A stretch of 62,691 nt of DNA, taken from the NCBI GenBank assembly GCA_022730015.1, contig DZBU01000003.1, forward strand, positions 1 to 62,691, written 5' to 3'. Below the pieces are notes generated by a model, which saw nothing but the letters and a program-made list of their open reading frames with translations, ran no database searches and was not told the origin of the DNA. The stretch comes from Candidatus Elulimicrobium sp. Its GTDB lineage: Bacteria; Patescibacteriota; Minisyncoccia; Phycocordibacterales; UBA918. Positions 8,149 to 17,433 of the stretch are shown here, one piece after another. Within the stretch, counting starts at the first letter, position 1, and every line of letters begins with the position of its first letter. The position numbers and the translations under genes were made by a program.

Positions 8149-9285
8149 CTACACAATAATCGCACCACCAGTCAACGACACGTGGATATACAATAAGGTT
8201 CCCATACCACAAAGAAGCAAGACTCCATACAAAACCTGTGTAACGCGAAATCGCCTAGCTTCAAGCACGATCGAAGTCGAAAGTAATAACACAACTGCGC
8301 TGCCGATAAGGAAATAGACGAATTGGAGGACAGTGTTTGGCTGAGTAGCGATTGAAGGAATGTTAAAGCCAGATTCTTCAACTTGCGGAGTAGTAATTTG
8401 AGCAGCAGCCAGACCTGAAGAAGTAGAAATAAGAGGGGATTCAATGACCATAATATCCTTCGCTGCTTCCGCCTCTACAACTGGAACTTCAGAGATTGCA
8501 ACCTCTTCTGTCGGAGCTGGCACAACGACTTCTGATACCGAAGCTGTTTCCTTAGGAATAGTCGTCACTTCCTCCAGCAGTGATGAAGTGACTTCAGAAG
8601 TCTTAGTAACGGCTTCTAATTCGGTCTCAGCGGCTAGAACGCTTGGAGATTCCACTGAATTCGGCAAGTTGGTCTCAATTTGTTCTATGCCGACCTCAGC
8701 TACTGCTGTAGGTGAAGGAGTGACTGCTGGAGGCGGTGTAACAGCCACTGGACGGGCTGCTGGTGCACCAAAAAGCTGGACGACATAGACGGTATCATAG
8801 CCTTCAAAAGTACCCTTGGCTGTTCCAACGCCAATCTCAGTGTACTGCGGACCGACAATGTTCTGACGATGGGTCGGTGACTTCATCCAAGCGTTTACTA
8901 CTTCAGTTGAATCAGTAAAATGAATAGCGAGATTTTCACCAGCATGTGCATATACATATCCCACCTGATCAAACCAATACCACGGTGAAACACCAGTGGG
9001 GCTATAGTGGGCAAAGTACTCATTTTTTGCCATGTGCTCAGCCTTGAGCTGAGCGGCCTTGTCTAAGACCTCGTTTCGCACCAGGGGAGCTATCTCGTAT
9101 TGCGATCGTTCTTTATTGGTAAGATCGATCACCACCGCTGGTAACACTGTCGAAACTAGCCAGTGTGATGATTGCCACAAGATCGCATGAAGGTTGGCAC
9201 CAATAAAAGTAAGTACAACCAAGACAGCCATCAGGGATAGCGAGATCTTTTGTAAAACATTAAGACCACGCGGATAGACGTGCAT
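8149..9285 (-). CDS. CAP/SCP (YkwD-like) domain protein with an N-terminal TM, a Pro/Thr/Val/Glu-rich spacer and C-terminal TM segments
   Basis: 378 aa. LTNKERSQYEIAPLVRNEVLDKAAQLKAEHMAKNEYFAHYSP...HAGENLA...VVNAWMKSPTHRQNI...YTEIGVG matches the CAP domain pattern. Confidence 0.75.
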   Translation of the reverse strand: MHVYPRGLNVLQKISLSLMAVLVVLTFIGANLHAILWQSSHWLVSTVLPAVVIDLTNKERSQYEIAPLVRNEVLDKAAQLKAEHMAKNEYFAHYSPTGVSPWYWFDQVGYVYAHAGENLAIHFTDSTEVVNAWMKSPTHRQNIVGPQYTEIGVGTAKGTFEGYDTVYVVQLFGAPAARPVAVTPPPAVTPSPTAVAEVGIEQIETNLPNSVESPSVLAAETELEAVTKTSEVTSSLLEEVTTIPKETASVSEVVVPAPTEEVAISEVPVVEAEAAKDIMVIESPLISTSSGLAAAQITTPQVEESGFNIPSIATQPNTVLQFVYFLIGSAVVLLLSTSIVLEARRFRVTQVLYGVLLLCGMGTLLYIHVSLTGGAIIV

Positions 9286-9374
9286 GTACCTATATTTAAA
9301 TAATAAATTGCTGTTTTGTCAATAAATAGCTACGGTGAGGGACACAACGTGCGTTACTACAGAGGATCTAGCGC

Positions 9375-9406
9375 AAAAAAGCCGCACACGAAGTGTGCGG
9401 CTTTTC
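9375..9406 (-). terminator. Intrinsic terminator
   Basis: aaaaaagccgcacac-gaa-gtgtgcggctttt, downstream of the CDS ending at 9421. Confidence 0.8.
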
Positions 9407-9420
9407 CGTGCCTCACCTCC

Positions 9421-10395
9421 CTACCAAACAAATTCTAGAAAATCTTCTACCAACCCTGCACTACAACCAAACTTGCGATGCCCTAGATAGTTTTCTCCAG
9501 TATGACCTTGAAGGATGGTTATGATCTGATCGCAGCTACAACCCCGGGTATCATTCATCGTGTACGCATTGCTGTTTCCCCATCCATGTCTGGCAAGACC
9601 CTTTGTCCACTGTGTACCATTGTACCGCCAGTGATTTGGATTCAGTTTAGTACTTCCTGCCATATCTACCAGCGTTCCTGGACAATAGTCTCCTTCCATC
9701 ACTCCGTCATTATCTTCATCTAGATTTACTATGACTCCACATGATATATCGTCATCTAATTCGCAATCGCTATTTTCATTCTCATCAGCGATTCCGTCAT
9801 TATCATCGTCGTCATCACAGAGATCTCCCATACCATCCTCATCAAAATCAGCCTGGTTTCCATTGGTGATATGTAAACAATTATCGCCAGCATCGCTCAC
9901 TCCATCACTATCCTTATCAATCACTATCGGAATACCCGTCATGACAAGATTCGCGATTTCTACACTATCGTTATCGACTGTAGAATTAGCGATTACCTTG
10001 ATGAATATTTCAAGATCAGATACTGCGGCTGTTTCTGGAAGATCTATACTAATGGAGCCGCTTTCGTCACCCGGCACCGCCGTTGCACCATCTGGCAGAC
10101 CTACAAAAGTACCCAAAACCTCTTCGGTGTCTCCTCGCCACCCATAAATAAAGCTATCGCCGGTATCGAGCTTCTCGGCCACATAATTAAAACTAAGGTG
10201 CAGATCACTATGCATAGAGGCATCTATAGGACCAGTGATATATTCGCTCTCCTTACCCACAATGGTTGCAGCAGGACCAGCTAACGTGACTGCCTGTACT
10301 GTACTAACGGCAACAAAAAAGCTCGCCACCAGCGCGAGAATGAAGAAAGGTTTATAAACAAAAAATGAAAAGGACTGGGTCATAAGAAAGATCAA
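9421..10395 (-). CDS. Secreted protein with thrombospondin type-3-like Ca-binding repeats and a Cys-containing C-terminal domain
   Basis: 324 aa with signal peptide ...AVSTVQA. Repeats: DKDSDGVSDAGDNC, DFDEDGMGDLCDDDDDNDGIADENE and DEDNDGVMEGDYC (the D-x-D-x-D-G-x-x-D pattern). Confidence 0.65.
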   Translation of the reverse strand: MIFLMTQSFSFFVYKPFFILALVASFFVAVSTVQAVTLAGPAATIVGKESEYITGPIDASMHSDLHLSFNYVAEKLDTGDSFIYGWRGDTEEVLGTFVGLPDGATAVPGDESGSISIDLPETAAVSDLEIFIKVIANSTVDNDSVEIANLVMTGIPIVIDKDSDGVSDAGDNCLHITNGNQADFDEDGMGDLCDDDDDNDGIADENENSDCELDDDISCGVIVNLDEDNDGVMEGDYCPGTLVDMAGSTKLNPNHWRYNGTQWTKGLARHGWGNSNAYTMNDTRGCSCDQIITILQGHTGENYLGHRKFGCSAGLVEDFLEFVW

Positions 10396-10443
10396 AATTA
10401 CAGACTAACACCAACGTGCGTTGGTGTTTTAGTATAGCGTACG

Positions 10444-10476
10444 AAAAAGGCCGGCGCCTACGGCGCCGGCCTTTTT
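10444..10476 (-). terminator. Intrinsic terminator after the sortase gene
   Basis: aaaaaggccggcgcc-tac-ggcgccggccttttt. Confidence 0.8.
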
Positions 10477-10482
10477 CTGTGA

Positions 10483-11136
10483 TTATTCCTCCACCATCTC
10501 CGCAAACACAATGAGATTGTGCGAATAGCGCATCGTGGCGTGGCTATAGACACCAGTACAGGTGATCAGTCGCAGGCCGGCGTGGTCGATATCACCGTAG
10601 ACCTGTGCCGTTGGAAAGCCAGCCTGCTCGTGTCTTGATAGCTTGGTGACCACAAATTTTGCAGTCGCGCCGTCTTCACGATCTATCAAGATCTCATCGC
10701 CTGGTTCAAGCTGACCAAGACTATAAAACACCGCCGGCCCCTGGTATGAATCGACATGACCCAAGATAACCGCTGGTCCGAGCTCACCCGGTGTTGGTCC
10801 ATGCTTATACCAACCGACCTCTTCAAACGAGTCAGGCACTTCGACGGTGCCATCGTAATTAAGTCCTAGCGATCCTTCAAATTCTGCCTCTATTCCAACA
10901 GCTGGAATACGTAACAGCTGTGGCGGCGAGCTCGGAAGCCCTGGCGTCGAAGACGAGACTTCCTCGACAGCCATTTCTTCAACTGAATCCAGCGGAACAA
11001 CCACATCACTTCCGTTTCCTAACCGTTCGACAGAGAATCCGTACGAGGTAGCAATAATGATACCCACGACAAACGCCACTACCGCTCGGTAGTGACGCTT
11101 GTATCCTGCTTGTAATTGTTTGATCAGTTTAGCCAT
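10483..11136 (-). CDS. Sortase family transpeptidase, class-F-like
   Basis: 217 aa with an N-terminal TM anchor. Motifs: catalytic His (VILGHVDS), LRLITCTG (the TLxTC Cys motif) and a conserved Arg region (RYSHNLIVFA). The start overlaps the upstream gene stop by 8 nt. Confidence 0.85.
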   Translation of the reverse strand: MAKLIKQLQAGYKRHYRAVVAFVVGIIIATSYGFSVERLGNGSDVVVPLDSVEEMAVEEVSSSTPGLPSSPPQLLRIPAVGIEAEFEGSLGLNYDGTVEVPDSFEEVGWYKHGPTPGELGPAVILGHVDSYQGPAVFYSLGQLEPGDEILIDREDGATAKFVVTKLSRHEQAGFPTAQVYGDIDHAGLRLITCTGVYSHATMRYSHNLIVFAEMVEE

Positions 11137-14100
11137 TGCGAGCTACTTGGAGTAGATTACGCAATACTATAGCAGAGAGAGTCTGAGCGTGAGGAATCTC
11201 GACTGGTGCAGTTCCCCCGGCGCCAGCAGCAGCGCCACCATAAGGCACTACACTAACCTGCTCGCCCAAGACCTGGCCAACTAGTGGGAAGTCTCCCCCA
11301 GCACCAAAGCTGGAAACTGTACAAGTATCGCTCTTACTGAAGCGATTGACAGTAAGAATGTACTCAACCCCTCCACCTGAGCCTACATAAAGACTACCAG
11401 CATCGACTTCATCTTCATCATCGGTAGAGAATATCTCAGCCCCATTGGCAGTGATCGCTAGATCCTTACCAAGCTTGGTATCCCACTTGAGCATTCCGCC
11501 TTCGAGCGTCAGTGCACTACAGACTGGTGAAGTAGCTCCACCACCACCACCGCTAGATGTTCGAGTGACGGTTTCGTCAGTTGGGTCGCTATTTGTGTCG
11601 TCGCCGTCACCCTCATCAGGCAAACTAACGAGACAGAGGACAGTATTGTCGAGAAGAGTACCAGTACCACCACTTGCTTGCGCAGTACCAAGGTCTACAA
11701 ATGAAACATCGGTAGACGCGTCAGCCACAAATGTTGCGCCGTACTTGAGCCAGCTCGTATCACTCTTACTTTCATTCACCAGTGACACTCCGTCAACCGC
11801 TGCCTCAATGTGGTTGTTGGCAGCATCAGAAGCATCAGAGCGAGCGGCGAAGTCGAAGCTCAATTCATAGGTTGCCCCAGGAACAGTTGCAATTGTCTGA
11901 GCAATCATTGTTGCATCATTACCATCAAGCTCAGCGTTCTGCTCACCATCAGATGGTGCGTTTTGCGCCATATTCCTCCAGATCTCGAGACCGTCGGAGA
12001 GTGAACTAGTCCATCCTGATACTAGTGGATTAGCGAAGATGCCCCATGTACCATTTGCAAGTCCTTGGTCGGCTTCGAACGATCCGTTCGTGAGAAGGTT
12101 TGGAGCCTCACTTAGACATTGTGAGACAAAGCCGTACTCACAACTCTCATCATCCATAGTTGCTTCTGAATCATAGTTATTTGCCTCGGGATCGGTACAA
12201 CCTAGAACAGGCACCTCAGGAACCAGACACATTACACCACTTATCTCTACCACAAGGTCATTGTAGTCATTGTCTCCACTTTGGAGGTCCTCAAAAGCGA
12301 GCACATATTTATTTGCTTCTGGATTGTAAGCTGCAACATTGTCTTTATCTCCTGTATTCAAGTCTTTTTCTGAATACCAAGTGTTTGGTTGTGTACCTGC
12401 AGTTTGGATTGCAAAGCCCATTGAATTAGCCACCGAAGCTGGCACACTCACTGGGAAAGTATCTCCAACTAATGTTGGCGGGATAACAAAGACCGGTACA
12501 AAACTCGAAGTATCGCCCGCTTCGTAATATCCGAAGGTTTGAACATTTCCGGCGTTCTTTGCCAAGACCCTTACACTAAGGGTAACTGTAGCGGTACTAG
12601 GAGTACCGAGGTCCCATACCTGATAATTCATCTGATCTTCTTCAACATCTAATAAGTATCCTGCATTATTGAGAATTGTTTGCAGTTGTACTTCACCAGA
12701 AGTGCCAATTTCAAACTCTTCAGTGTCTCCTAATGTAGAAGGTAACAAACATGAATTACCAGTACTTTCATCCTCCGTGTTCACGAAATTACAGACATAA
12801 GCAGGCTCAGGTTGGATACAACGCAGATCATCTCCACAGGAAGCAGCAGCAACTTGGAAGTCGCCAAAGAAGCTACAGTAGTATCCGCCCTCACCTTGAA
12901 GTACAACACCATAAGGCGCAATGACAGCTTCTTGTTCCCAACCAGCCTTTTCCTCTTCATGTACTGACCAAGGCCCGTCCTCTGGATTTACTTCCTGAGT
13001 GACACAACCATTTTCACCAGTCACCAGCTCGTATGTAACGTCACCATTAGTGAGTTCCATTCCCCAACCAGCAATTGGTTGTGCCGTACCATCGTCAAAC
13101 TTACACATCTCGATTTCTTCCATGTCAGCTCCAGGCACTTCTGGTTCAAGTGGAACTACTTCACCACAATTTCCTGTTGCTCCTGTTCCAGTAATCTTTA
13201 ATTCATAAAGAAGACCGGCTGGGTTACTGCTAGGGTCACTACCAGCCAAACCAAGGTTCTTTACAACTACCGAAAGAAGATTTGAGCCATTTACGATACC
13301 GGAAGCAACATCGTAACTTTTTGTAGCACCGTAATTAAATTCACCAGCATCACCATCAGAAAAAGTTCCAAGAGTAATTGCGTGTGAATTATCTGAAGCA
13401 ATAGTAAGGACAGCACTATCAATAGTGAGTCCGTTCCAAGTGAACGACTTCCCAAATGTCTGTGTCTCATCTACTGTTGTTGGTGCTGCTACAGGATCAT
13501 CTCCCCAAATCCATTTTGCTAATGAACCTGGAATTGCACTAATCCACCCTCCGTTAATAGTAGAGAGAAGTTTTGCATGAGCATTCTTCTCAACAACCAA
13601 ATCTAAAGCATCACTCTTAACCACCAATTCGCAAGCTACTGGCTCTGGATTTTTTGGTCGATTTGTGAAGGTGCAGGTGACATCGTCGCCAGCCGCGAGA
13701 TCGATGGTGACTGACGAACCAAAGACCTCGCCCTCCCCGTCACTACAGGAAATATCCATCAATTCCCAACCGGGTTCGTCTGTCTCGGTCACAGTGTACT
13801 CGCCTGGTTTAAGATCATTAAAGCTCTGGTCAGACTCACCTGTTAGAGTGAAATCACTAAGACCACCAGTGAAGCTGAACTCTGTTGTTGTGTCACCACC
13901 AGCTATTTTAGCAACAGTAATCGAGCCTGTGGTTGGAGGCGGGACACAGTCATTATAATAAATCGATTGTCCAAACGCATCCCAATTTTTACCAGTCGGC
14001 AAAACAACTGGAATTGGCGGGATAATATCGCCCCGATCATCAACACCACCTTTATTGTGATCAAAATGCCCGGCTGAGATTATCGAAGGAAGAGGATGTG

Positions 14101-14299
14101 TTTGCTGATTGTATTCCTTCTCACCCTCATTAGCGTGGCATATCGTGTACTGAGGTGGCGGTACACCAGCACCATTACCGTTGTTTGCCTCCGCCACAAA
14201 AACAGACGCCGGAAAGGCACTAAGTAAAAGCGATACAACAGTGAGCAAAGCGTAGAGACGCACTGCTACCGTTCGTCGCGTAAAAATATTTGCATTCAT
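11129..14299 (-). CDS. Giant secreted multidomain protein with SpaA/prealbumin-like fold domains, a DUF4114-like module and a DUF642-like galactose-binding-type domain
   Basis: 1056 aa with signal peptide ...PASVFVAEA. Motifs: LKPGEYTVTETDEPGWELMDISC...VTCTFTNRP (SpaA/Cna-B-like), GDNDYNDLVVEISG (DUF4114 motif) and NLLTNGSFEAD...SGW...DGEQNAELDG...ATYELSFDFAAR (DUF642-like). I saw no LPXTG or LAXTG near the C-terminus. Confidence 0.8.
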   Translation of the reverse strand: MNANIFTRRTVAVRLYALLTVVSLLLSAFPASVFVAEANNGNGAGVPPPQYTICHANEGEKEYNQQTHPLPSIISAGHFDHNKGGVDDRGDIIPPIPVVLPTGKNWDAFGQSIYYNDCVPPPTTGSITVAKIAGGDTTTEFSFTGGLSDFTLTGESDQSFNDLKPGEYTVTETDEPGWELMDISCSDGEGEVFGSSVTIDLAAGDDVTCTFTNRPKNPEPVACELVVKSDALDLVVEKNAHAKLLSTINGGWISAIPGSLAKWIWGDDPVAAPTTVDETQTFGKSFTWNGLTIDSAVLTIASDNSHAITLGTFSDGDAGEFNYGATKSYDVASGIVNGSNLLSVVVKNLGLAGSDPSSNPAGLLYELKITGTGATGNCGEVVPLEPEVPGADMEEIEMCKFDDGTAQPIAGWGMELTNGDVTYELVTGENGCVTQEVNPEDGPWSVHEEEKAGWEQEAVIAPYGVVLQGEGGYYCSFFGDFQVAAASCGDDLRCIQPEPAYVCNFVNTEDESTGNSCLLPSTLGDTEEFEIGTSGEVQLQTILNNAGYLLDVEEDQMNYQVWDLGTPSTATVTLSVRVLAKNAGNVQTFGYYEAGDTSSFVPVFVIPPTLVGDTFPVSVPASVANSMGFAIQTAGTQPNTWYSEKDLNTGDKDNVAAYNPEANKYVLAFEDLQSGDNDYNDLVVEISGVMCLVPEVPVLGCTDPEANNYDSEATMDDESCEYGFVSQCLSEAPNLLTNGSFEADQGLANGTWGIFANPLVSGWTSSLSDGLEIWRNMAQNAPSDGEQNAELDGNDATMIAQTIATVPGATYELSFDFAARSDASDAANNHIEAAVDGVSLVNESKSDTSWLKYGATFVADASTDVSFVDLGTAQASGGTGTLLDNTVLCLVSLPDEGDGDDTNSDPTDETVTRTSSGGGGGATSPVCSALTLEGGMLKWDTKLGKDLAITANGAEIFSTDDEDEVDAGSLYVGSGGGVEYILTVNRFSKSDTCTVSSFGAGGDFPLVGQVLGEQVSVVPYGGAAAGAGGTAPVEIPHAQTLSAIVLRNLLQVARNG

Positions 14300-14466
14300 A
14301 AGCCTTTTAAATTAGTTAATAATTAGCAATCTACTTCTAACTCACTAATTCACGGCACCCCTAAGATAGTTGTCGTGTTACTTAAATGATACTCCTGTTT
14401 TCACAGTATGCAATATGTCAATAGCTCACCTGTTAATAATTTTATTACTTTGTGTCACTAGTTTGG

Positions 14467-15384
14467 CTACTGGCCAGCTGAGAGTCGATACACTGGCGCG
14501 ATAGTAGCACAGACACTGTGCGCCGGAAGTGTGATTGAGGAAAATCCTTCAGCGTTCGATTCGAGGTGGCCGAGGGATGATCTACGAGCATGGTTGGTGA
14601 CACGTTCGACAAAGGCTTGCCGGTCTCTCTGGCGTTCGGCGCTGGTCAAGCTTTTATCAAAGAGCCAAGGGAAAACACCGCAGGCGTGGAAAAGACGCAA
14701 TTCCTCGTTGGTTGCCTTACCTAAAAGCTTGACCAGTTTTTCTGAATTAAGGGTACTAAGATCGGACGGCCCAAGCTCCGTAATATTCATCGTCCAACGT
14801 CCGCCGCTGACATCCTCAAAAATAATAGTGGTAGTCGGGCTGAGAGTAGCGTAGGCCAGCCTGCCGACCAAGCGCCCGTCGGCCGGATCTTGCCACAGTT
14901 GCTGCTCGAATTTATTTTGCGACTGATACAGCGACATATGCTTACCCAACAGGTCGTCGATACTGTATCCCAAACCAAAGAACTGCAACGCGGAACCACC
15001 AGCAAAACTCAGCACCACGCTACTAGCCATAATGAGCCACAGTGGGTATCGGTAGCCGTGCTTGGTATGGCGAAGGTTATAGATGGCGGTGTACACCATG
15101 ACCGCAAAGGTTACAATCCACAGGTACGGCAGTGCCTCGACCATAAAGGTGAAGAAATTGCTGTGCGAAGCTTCATAGAAAGCGTACTGGTGATGCAGCA
15201 CAACAAAAAGTGAGACGGCAAAAGCGAGCGCACCCACCACTACCGAGAGGAACCAGAGGGTCCACACAACACATTCCCGCCCGCGAAAGAACACGCGCGA
15301 GCGCGGGCACACCTTCTCCTGCTCGATGCGTTCGAGGACGGTGTTCTTGAGTGGTTGCTTTGGTTGTTTGTCTGTCTCGTTCAT
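14467..15384 (-). CDS. Polytopic membrane protein directly downstream of the ECF sigma gene; candidate anti-sigma or sensor partner
   Basis: 305 aa with about 4 TM segments after a Cys-containing N-terminus (VCPRSRVFFRGRECV), then a soluble C-terminal domain. It lies 10 nt downstream of the sigma gene stop. Confidence 0.5.
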   Translation of the reverse strand: MNETDKQPKQPLKNTVLERIEQEKVCPRSRVFFRGRECVVWTLWFLSVVVGALAFAVSLFVVLHHQYAFYEASHSNFFTFMVEALPYLWIVTFAVMVYTAIYNLRHTKHGYRYPLWLIMASSVVLSFAGGSALQFFGLGYSIDDLLGKHMSLYQSQNKFEQQLWQDPADGRLVGRLAYATLSPTTTIIFEDVSGGRWTMNITELGPSDLSTLNSEKLVKLLGKATNEELRLFHACGVFPWLFDKSLTSAERQRDRQAFVERVTNHARRSSLGHLESNAEGFSSITLPAHSVCATIAPVYRLSAGQ

Positions 15385-15394
15385 AAGCGCTTAT

Positions 15395-16033
15395 TTATAT
15401 ACGTAATTCGTCAGGGTTTAGTGCAGCGGCAAGCTGTTTCTTACCCCGATGCAAGAGCGTGCCAACTGAACCGACAGGGATCTGCAAAATATCCGAGATC
15501 TCCTCATACTCTTTGTGCTCGAAAAAGCGCAGAATGATGACCTCGCGATATTTCTTATCGATCTTGGTGAGGGCTTCACCGAGTGCCTCGGCATTGATCG
15601 TTTTATCAAACTCCACGTCGGCAGATTCTTCCTTGCTACCAAGAAGCGTAAGCAGCTCTTCACTATCAGTGATGAGGTGACCTTCGGGGCGGACATTTTG
15701 CTTCCGGTACCAACTGATCGCTTCGTTGTGCGCGATGCGGTAGATCCAGGAGGAAAACTGAAGTGAAATATCAAAACCATTAAGGTTGCGGTAAGCCTTG
15801 AGAAATATTTCTTGGAGGACGTCTTGCTGGTCTTCGGGGTTGCGCACGCCTAGGCGGCCAATGTACCGTGTGAGTTTGGCTTCGTAACGATCAACGAGCT
15901 CACCAAAGTGCTCCTTGTCGACAAGGGTCAAACGTACCAACTCTTCGTCACTGGGCGGGAGTTGAGGTAGTGGTGCTGGTTTTGGCAGTTGTTCCATGGG
16001 CTGGTTGTATGTAGAATAGTGACATGAATACAC
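15395..16033 (-). CDS. ECF-type sigma-70 family RNA polymerase sigma factor
   Basis: Region 2: DVLQEIFLKAYRNLNGFD...FSSWIYRIAHNEAISWYRK. Region 4: YREVIILRFFEHKEYEEISDILQIPVGSVGTLLHRGKKQL. The true start may be Met13 (about 15997). Confidence 0.85.
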   Translation of the reverse strand: MYSCHYSTYNQPMEQLPKPAPLPQLPPSDEELVRLTLVDKEHFGELVDRYEAKLTRYIGRLGVRNPEDQQDVLQEIFLKAYRNLNGFDISLQFSSWIYRIAHNEAISWYRKQNVRPEGHLITDSEELLTLLGSKEESADVEFDKTINAEALGEALTKIDKKYREVIILRFFEHKEYEEISDILQIPVGSVGTLLHRGKKQLAAALNPDELRI

Positions 16034-16548
16034 ACAAAATGAAACTTGTCCTTGGACTGTTTGTCTTTTCTTTCTTGATCACCCCGGCGGCATCGGAAGC
16101 TTATTTCAGCACCGCGCAAAGCGCCACCAAGATCACCGTGGACACTACTTTATTCACTATTACCTACAAATTTGGCTTCCTCAACCGCGAGTTGTACATG
16201 CCGATCGTTACCGAACGCGGCCTACAAGCCACTTCGACGAAGTTTTCGGTCGGATATGACCTCCTGTCTGAAGATGACGAGACTTTGAATGCGGGATCAG
16301 CGACGGCTATCGTACTTTCGGGAGATAAAGACATAGAGATCAAAAACGGTCGGTACTATTTGCCACAGGGAAAGTCGGCTGAATTTACTTTTGTAGCCTT
16401 GGTGAACACGCCTGCTAACGAGACAGCCGACGCATCGCTTTTAGTGACACATTTACCATTCATTATGGTGAAAGAAGATGAGGAGATTGCCGCCCGACTG
16501 AATCCGTCCGAACTGCAGTACTATCGTACGCCGGAGGTGGAGTTGTAG
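16024..16548 (+). CDS. Secreted protein of unknown function, divergent from the sigma operon
   Basis: 174 aa with signal peptide LVLGLFVFSFLITPAASEA; no recognisable motif. Confidence 0.5.
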   Translation: MNTHKMKLVLGLFVFSFLITPAASEAYFSTAQSATKITVDTTLFTITYKFGFLNRELYMPIVTERGLQATSTKFSVGYDLLSEDDETLNAGSATAIVLSGDKDIEIKNGRYYLPQGKSAEFTFVALVNTPANETADASLLVTHLPFIMVKEDEEIAARLNPSELQYYRTPEVEL

Positions 16549-16681
16549 GGGCGCGCAGATATTGGATGTTTGCGGAGGGCGGCACTAGGGGCGGCGGGCG
16601 AAGCAAACATTCAATTCAGCGCATACGCATAATAGACTATAACATTTACAAATAAATAAAAACGTGTCATAGTGCACGTCT

Positions 16682-17392
16682 ATGGAATTCCCCATGCGGA
16701 TCAACAAATATCTCGCCCACACTGGCGTCGCTTCGCGACGCGAGGCGGATGAGCTTGTAGCTAAAGGAAAAGTAAAGATAAATGGTAAGGTCGCCGAAAT
16801 GGGCCAGCAGGTACAGGAAAGTGACACAGTCGAAGTAATCGGCAAGACCAAAGCAAAAAGCTATCTTGCGTATTACAAAGGCCGCGGCATTATCACTCAC
16901 TCCCCTGCCGAGGGCGAAGTAGACATCGCCGGCCGACTGGCGAAAGATTATGGTATCACTCACGTGGCGCCAGTCGGCCGGCTCGACAAAGATTCTGAGG
17001 GTCTCATCATCCTCTCCAATGATGGTCGCATCACTGGCCCACTTCTCGACCCTGAGGCCGATCACGAAAAAGAGTACGACGTCACTGTCGACAAAGCTGT
17101 CTCAGGTATGTTCCTGCGTGCTATGGCAAACGGTGTCGAGATCGAAGGCTATCGCACCAAGTCAGCTAAAATTGAGCAACATCCTCGTAACGACAAGCGT
17201 TTCAATCTCACCATCACCGAGGGTAAAAAGCATCAAATCCGTCGCATGTGTGCTGCCCTTGGCTACCAGATACAGACTCTCAAACGTGTCCGTGTGGCCA
17301 ACATCGCCCTCGGCAAGCTCAAGCCGAATCAGTACCGCAAGATTGAAGGACACGAACTTAACGAATTCTTAGAAGAGATCGGGGTATCATAA
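16682..17392 (+). CDS. Pseudouridine synthase of the RsuA/RluB family with an N-terminal S4 domain
   Basis: Motifs: RINKYLAHTGVASRREADELV (S4), GRLDKDSEGLIILSNDG (catalytic Asp motif) and KKHQIRRMCAALG. Confidence 0.88.
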   Translation: MEFPMRINKYLAHTGVASRREADELVAKGKVKINGKVAEMGQQVQESDTVEVIGKTKAKSYLAYYKGRGIITHSPAEGEVDIAGRLAKDYGITHVAPVGRLDKDSEGLIILSNDGRITGPLLDPEADHEKEYDVTVDKAVSGMFLRAMANGVEIEGYRTKSAKIEQHPRNDKRFNLTITEGKKHQIRRMCAALGYQIQTLKRVRVANIALGKLKPNQYRKIEGHELNEFLEEIGVS

Positions 17393-17433
17393 GCAACTAT
17401 CACTACTTATTCAGCCACTCCTGACAAAAGAAA

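Noticed and set aside
8105-8212. N-terminal extension of the UmuD-like ORF, and a possible SOS (LexA) box just upstream of the internal start.
   Set aside because: The extension overlaps the 3' end of the CAP-domain gene and is Cys/Trp-rich junk. The sequence TACTGCTATCGCCGCGTATACTG contains direct rather than inverted TACTG repeats, and matches neither CTGT-N8-ACAG nor GAAC-N4-GTTC.
11445-13958. Multiple 60-140-aa plus-strand ORFs antisense to the 1056-aa surface-protein gene. Similar antisense ORFs occur in the P-type ATPase (56613-58247), typA and RNase J genes.
   Set aside because: All are nested in long, motif-supported CDSs on the opposite strand, with Ser/Pro/Leu-rich translations. 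They are shadow ORFs.
16560-16615. Inverted repeat ggatgtttgc...gcaaacattc with a 30-nt GC-rich loop after the CDS ending at 16548, considered as a terminator or ncRNA.
   Set aside because: The stem has a mismatch, the loop is very large and no T-run follows. This is not enough to call a feature.
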